Below, in pieces: positions 63,510 through 64,000 of a stretch of DNA of 64,000 nucleotides (positions are counted from its first letter, which is position 1; each line of letters starts with the position of its first letter). The DNA lies in NCBI GenBank assembly GCA_964187785.1, contig OZ076409.1:23622001-23686000 (forward strand), in the 5' to 3' direction. Under the pieces are notes generated by a model, which ran no database searches, was not told the DNA's origin, and was given only the letters and a program-made list of their open reading frames with translations. This DNA comes from Amphiscolops sp. MND2022 (lineage: Eukaryota). Position numbers and translations under genes: made by a program.

Positions 63510-64000
63510 CTAGTTTAAATCCTCTGACGAAGATTGTTGGTGTTTTTCTGATTTAGGTCTGATTGGTTTTTTAGCTTGTTTGTATGCTTCTATGATTTTC
63601 TTTTGTGCGTCAGTGAGGGTCCATTTTGGTGGACGGTTTTCCATATTGGCACCAAAATAACAGCTTTCTTCGTCATGTCCTAGTGTTTTGCAATTATGAC
63701 ATTTTTCAGCATCTGGATCTTCCTCAAGTTTACGCCGTTTGGCTAGTTTGGGACAGTCATTCATCATGTGACCTGTCTCTTTACAGTAACGGCATTGATC
63801 ATTCTTGAGGGTTTTATCGGGTACTGTTTTTGCTGTTTGTTTTTTAGCTTTTTCATTTTGTTTTTTGTTGGTTTTCTCATTGTTTTCTTCCTTTTTGGTA
63901 GCGGTCATTTGGGTTTTGACGAGGGGTTCGTCTGCCTCTAGACCGTTAAGTTCCATTTCTCGTTCTAGATGTTTAACTATTTGATCATAAGTACCATTTT
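63510..64000 (-). CDS. Gypsy gag C-terminus with two CCHC zinc knuckles (5' part outside the window)
   Basis: YDQIVKHLEREMELNGL, CRYCKETGHMMNDC and CHNCKTLGHDEESC. Ends GAT TTA AAC TAG. Confidence 0.9.
   Translation of the reverse strand, partial: NGTYDQIVKHLEREMELNGLEADEPLVKTQMTATKKEENNEKTNKKQNEKAKKQTAKTVPDKTLKNDQCRYCKETGHMMNDCPKLAKRRKLEEDPDAEKCHNCKTLGHDEESCYFGANMENRPPKWTLTDAQKKIIEAYKQAKKPIRPKSEKHQQSSSEDLN

Larger units (their letters stand above)
44900..64000 (-). mobile_element. Very large Ty3/Gypsy LTR retrotransposon with cargo genes (continues beyond the window)
   Basis: gag-PR-(dUTPase-like)-RT-RH-IN on the minus strand at 58607-64000, with no LTR directly after pol. The first LTR-like unit downstream is 44900-45872. 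Shared 33-bp arrays link the intervening 12.7 kb. That this is a single element is an inference. Confidence 0.7.

Noticed and set aside
58632-63808. Plus-strand ORFs over Gypsy gag-pol
   Set aside because: Antisense shadows of the coding strand.

Overview
AT-rich animal (eukaryotic) genomic DNA with spliceosomal GT-AG introns; the species cannot be determined from the sequence. Left half (1-30 kb): three same-strand nuclear-regulator genes rebuilt exon by exon with consistent splice phases. They are a four-MBT protein (MBTD1/L3MBTL2/Sfmbt type), NIPP1/PPP1R8 and an hnRNP U-like SPRY + P-loop protein. Their introns and flanks hold TE debris: a CR1 remnant split by two TSD-flanked MITEs, a fossil hAT, a near full-length decayed CR1/L2 LINE, a hAT MITE and Helitron-like repeats. 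Middle (30.5-42.6 kb): about 30 satellite monomers of 390-420 bp with higher-order structure. Right third (44.9 kb to beyond 64 kb): what appears to be one very large minus-strand Ty3/Gypsy element. Between its pol end and its putative 3' LTR it carries an antisense, intron-containing gene of about 1,105 aa with hAT/ZNF862-like features, a divergently oriented 340-aa orphan ORF, and three 33-bp-period arrays of a conserved bipartite motif with variable spacers. A 5-kb Ty1/Copia element with TT...AA LTR ends is inserted exactly at a splice acceptor of that cargo gene. Homology calls come from motif recognition by eye; no database searches were run.
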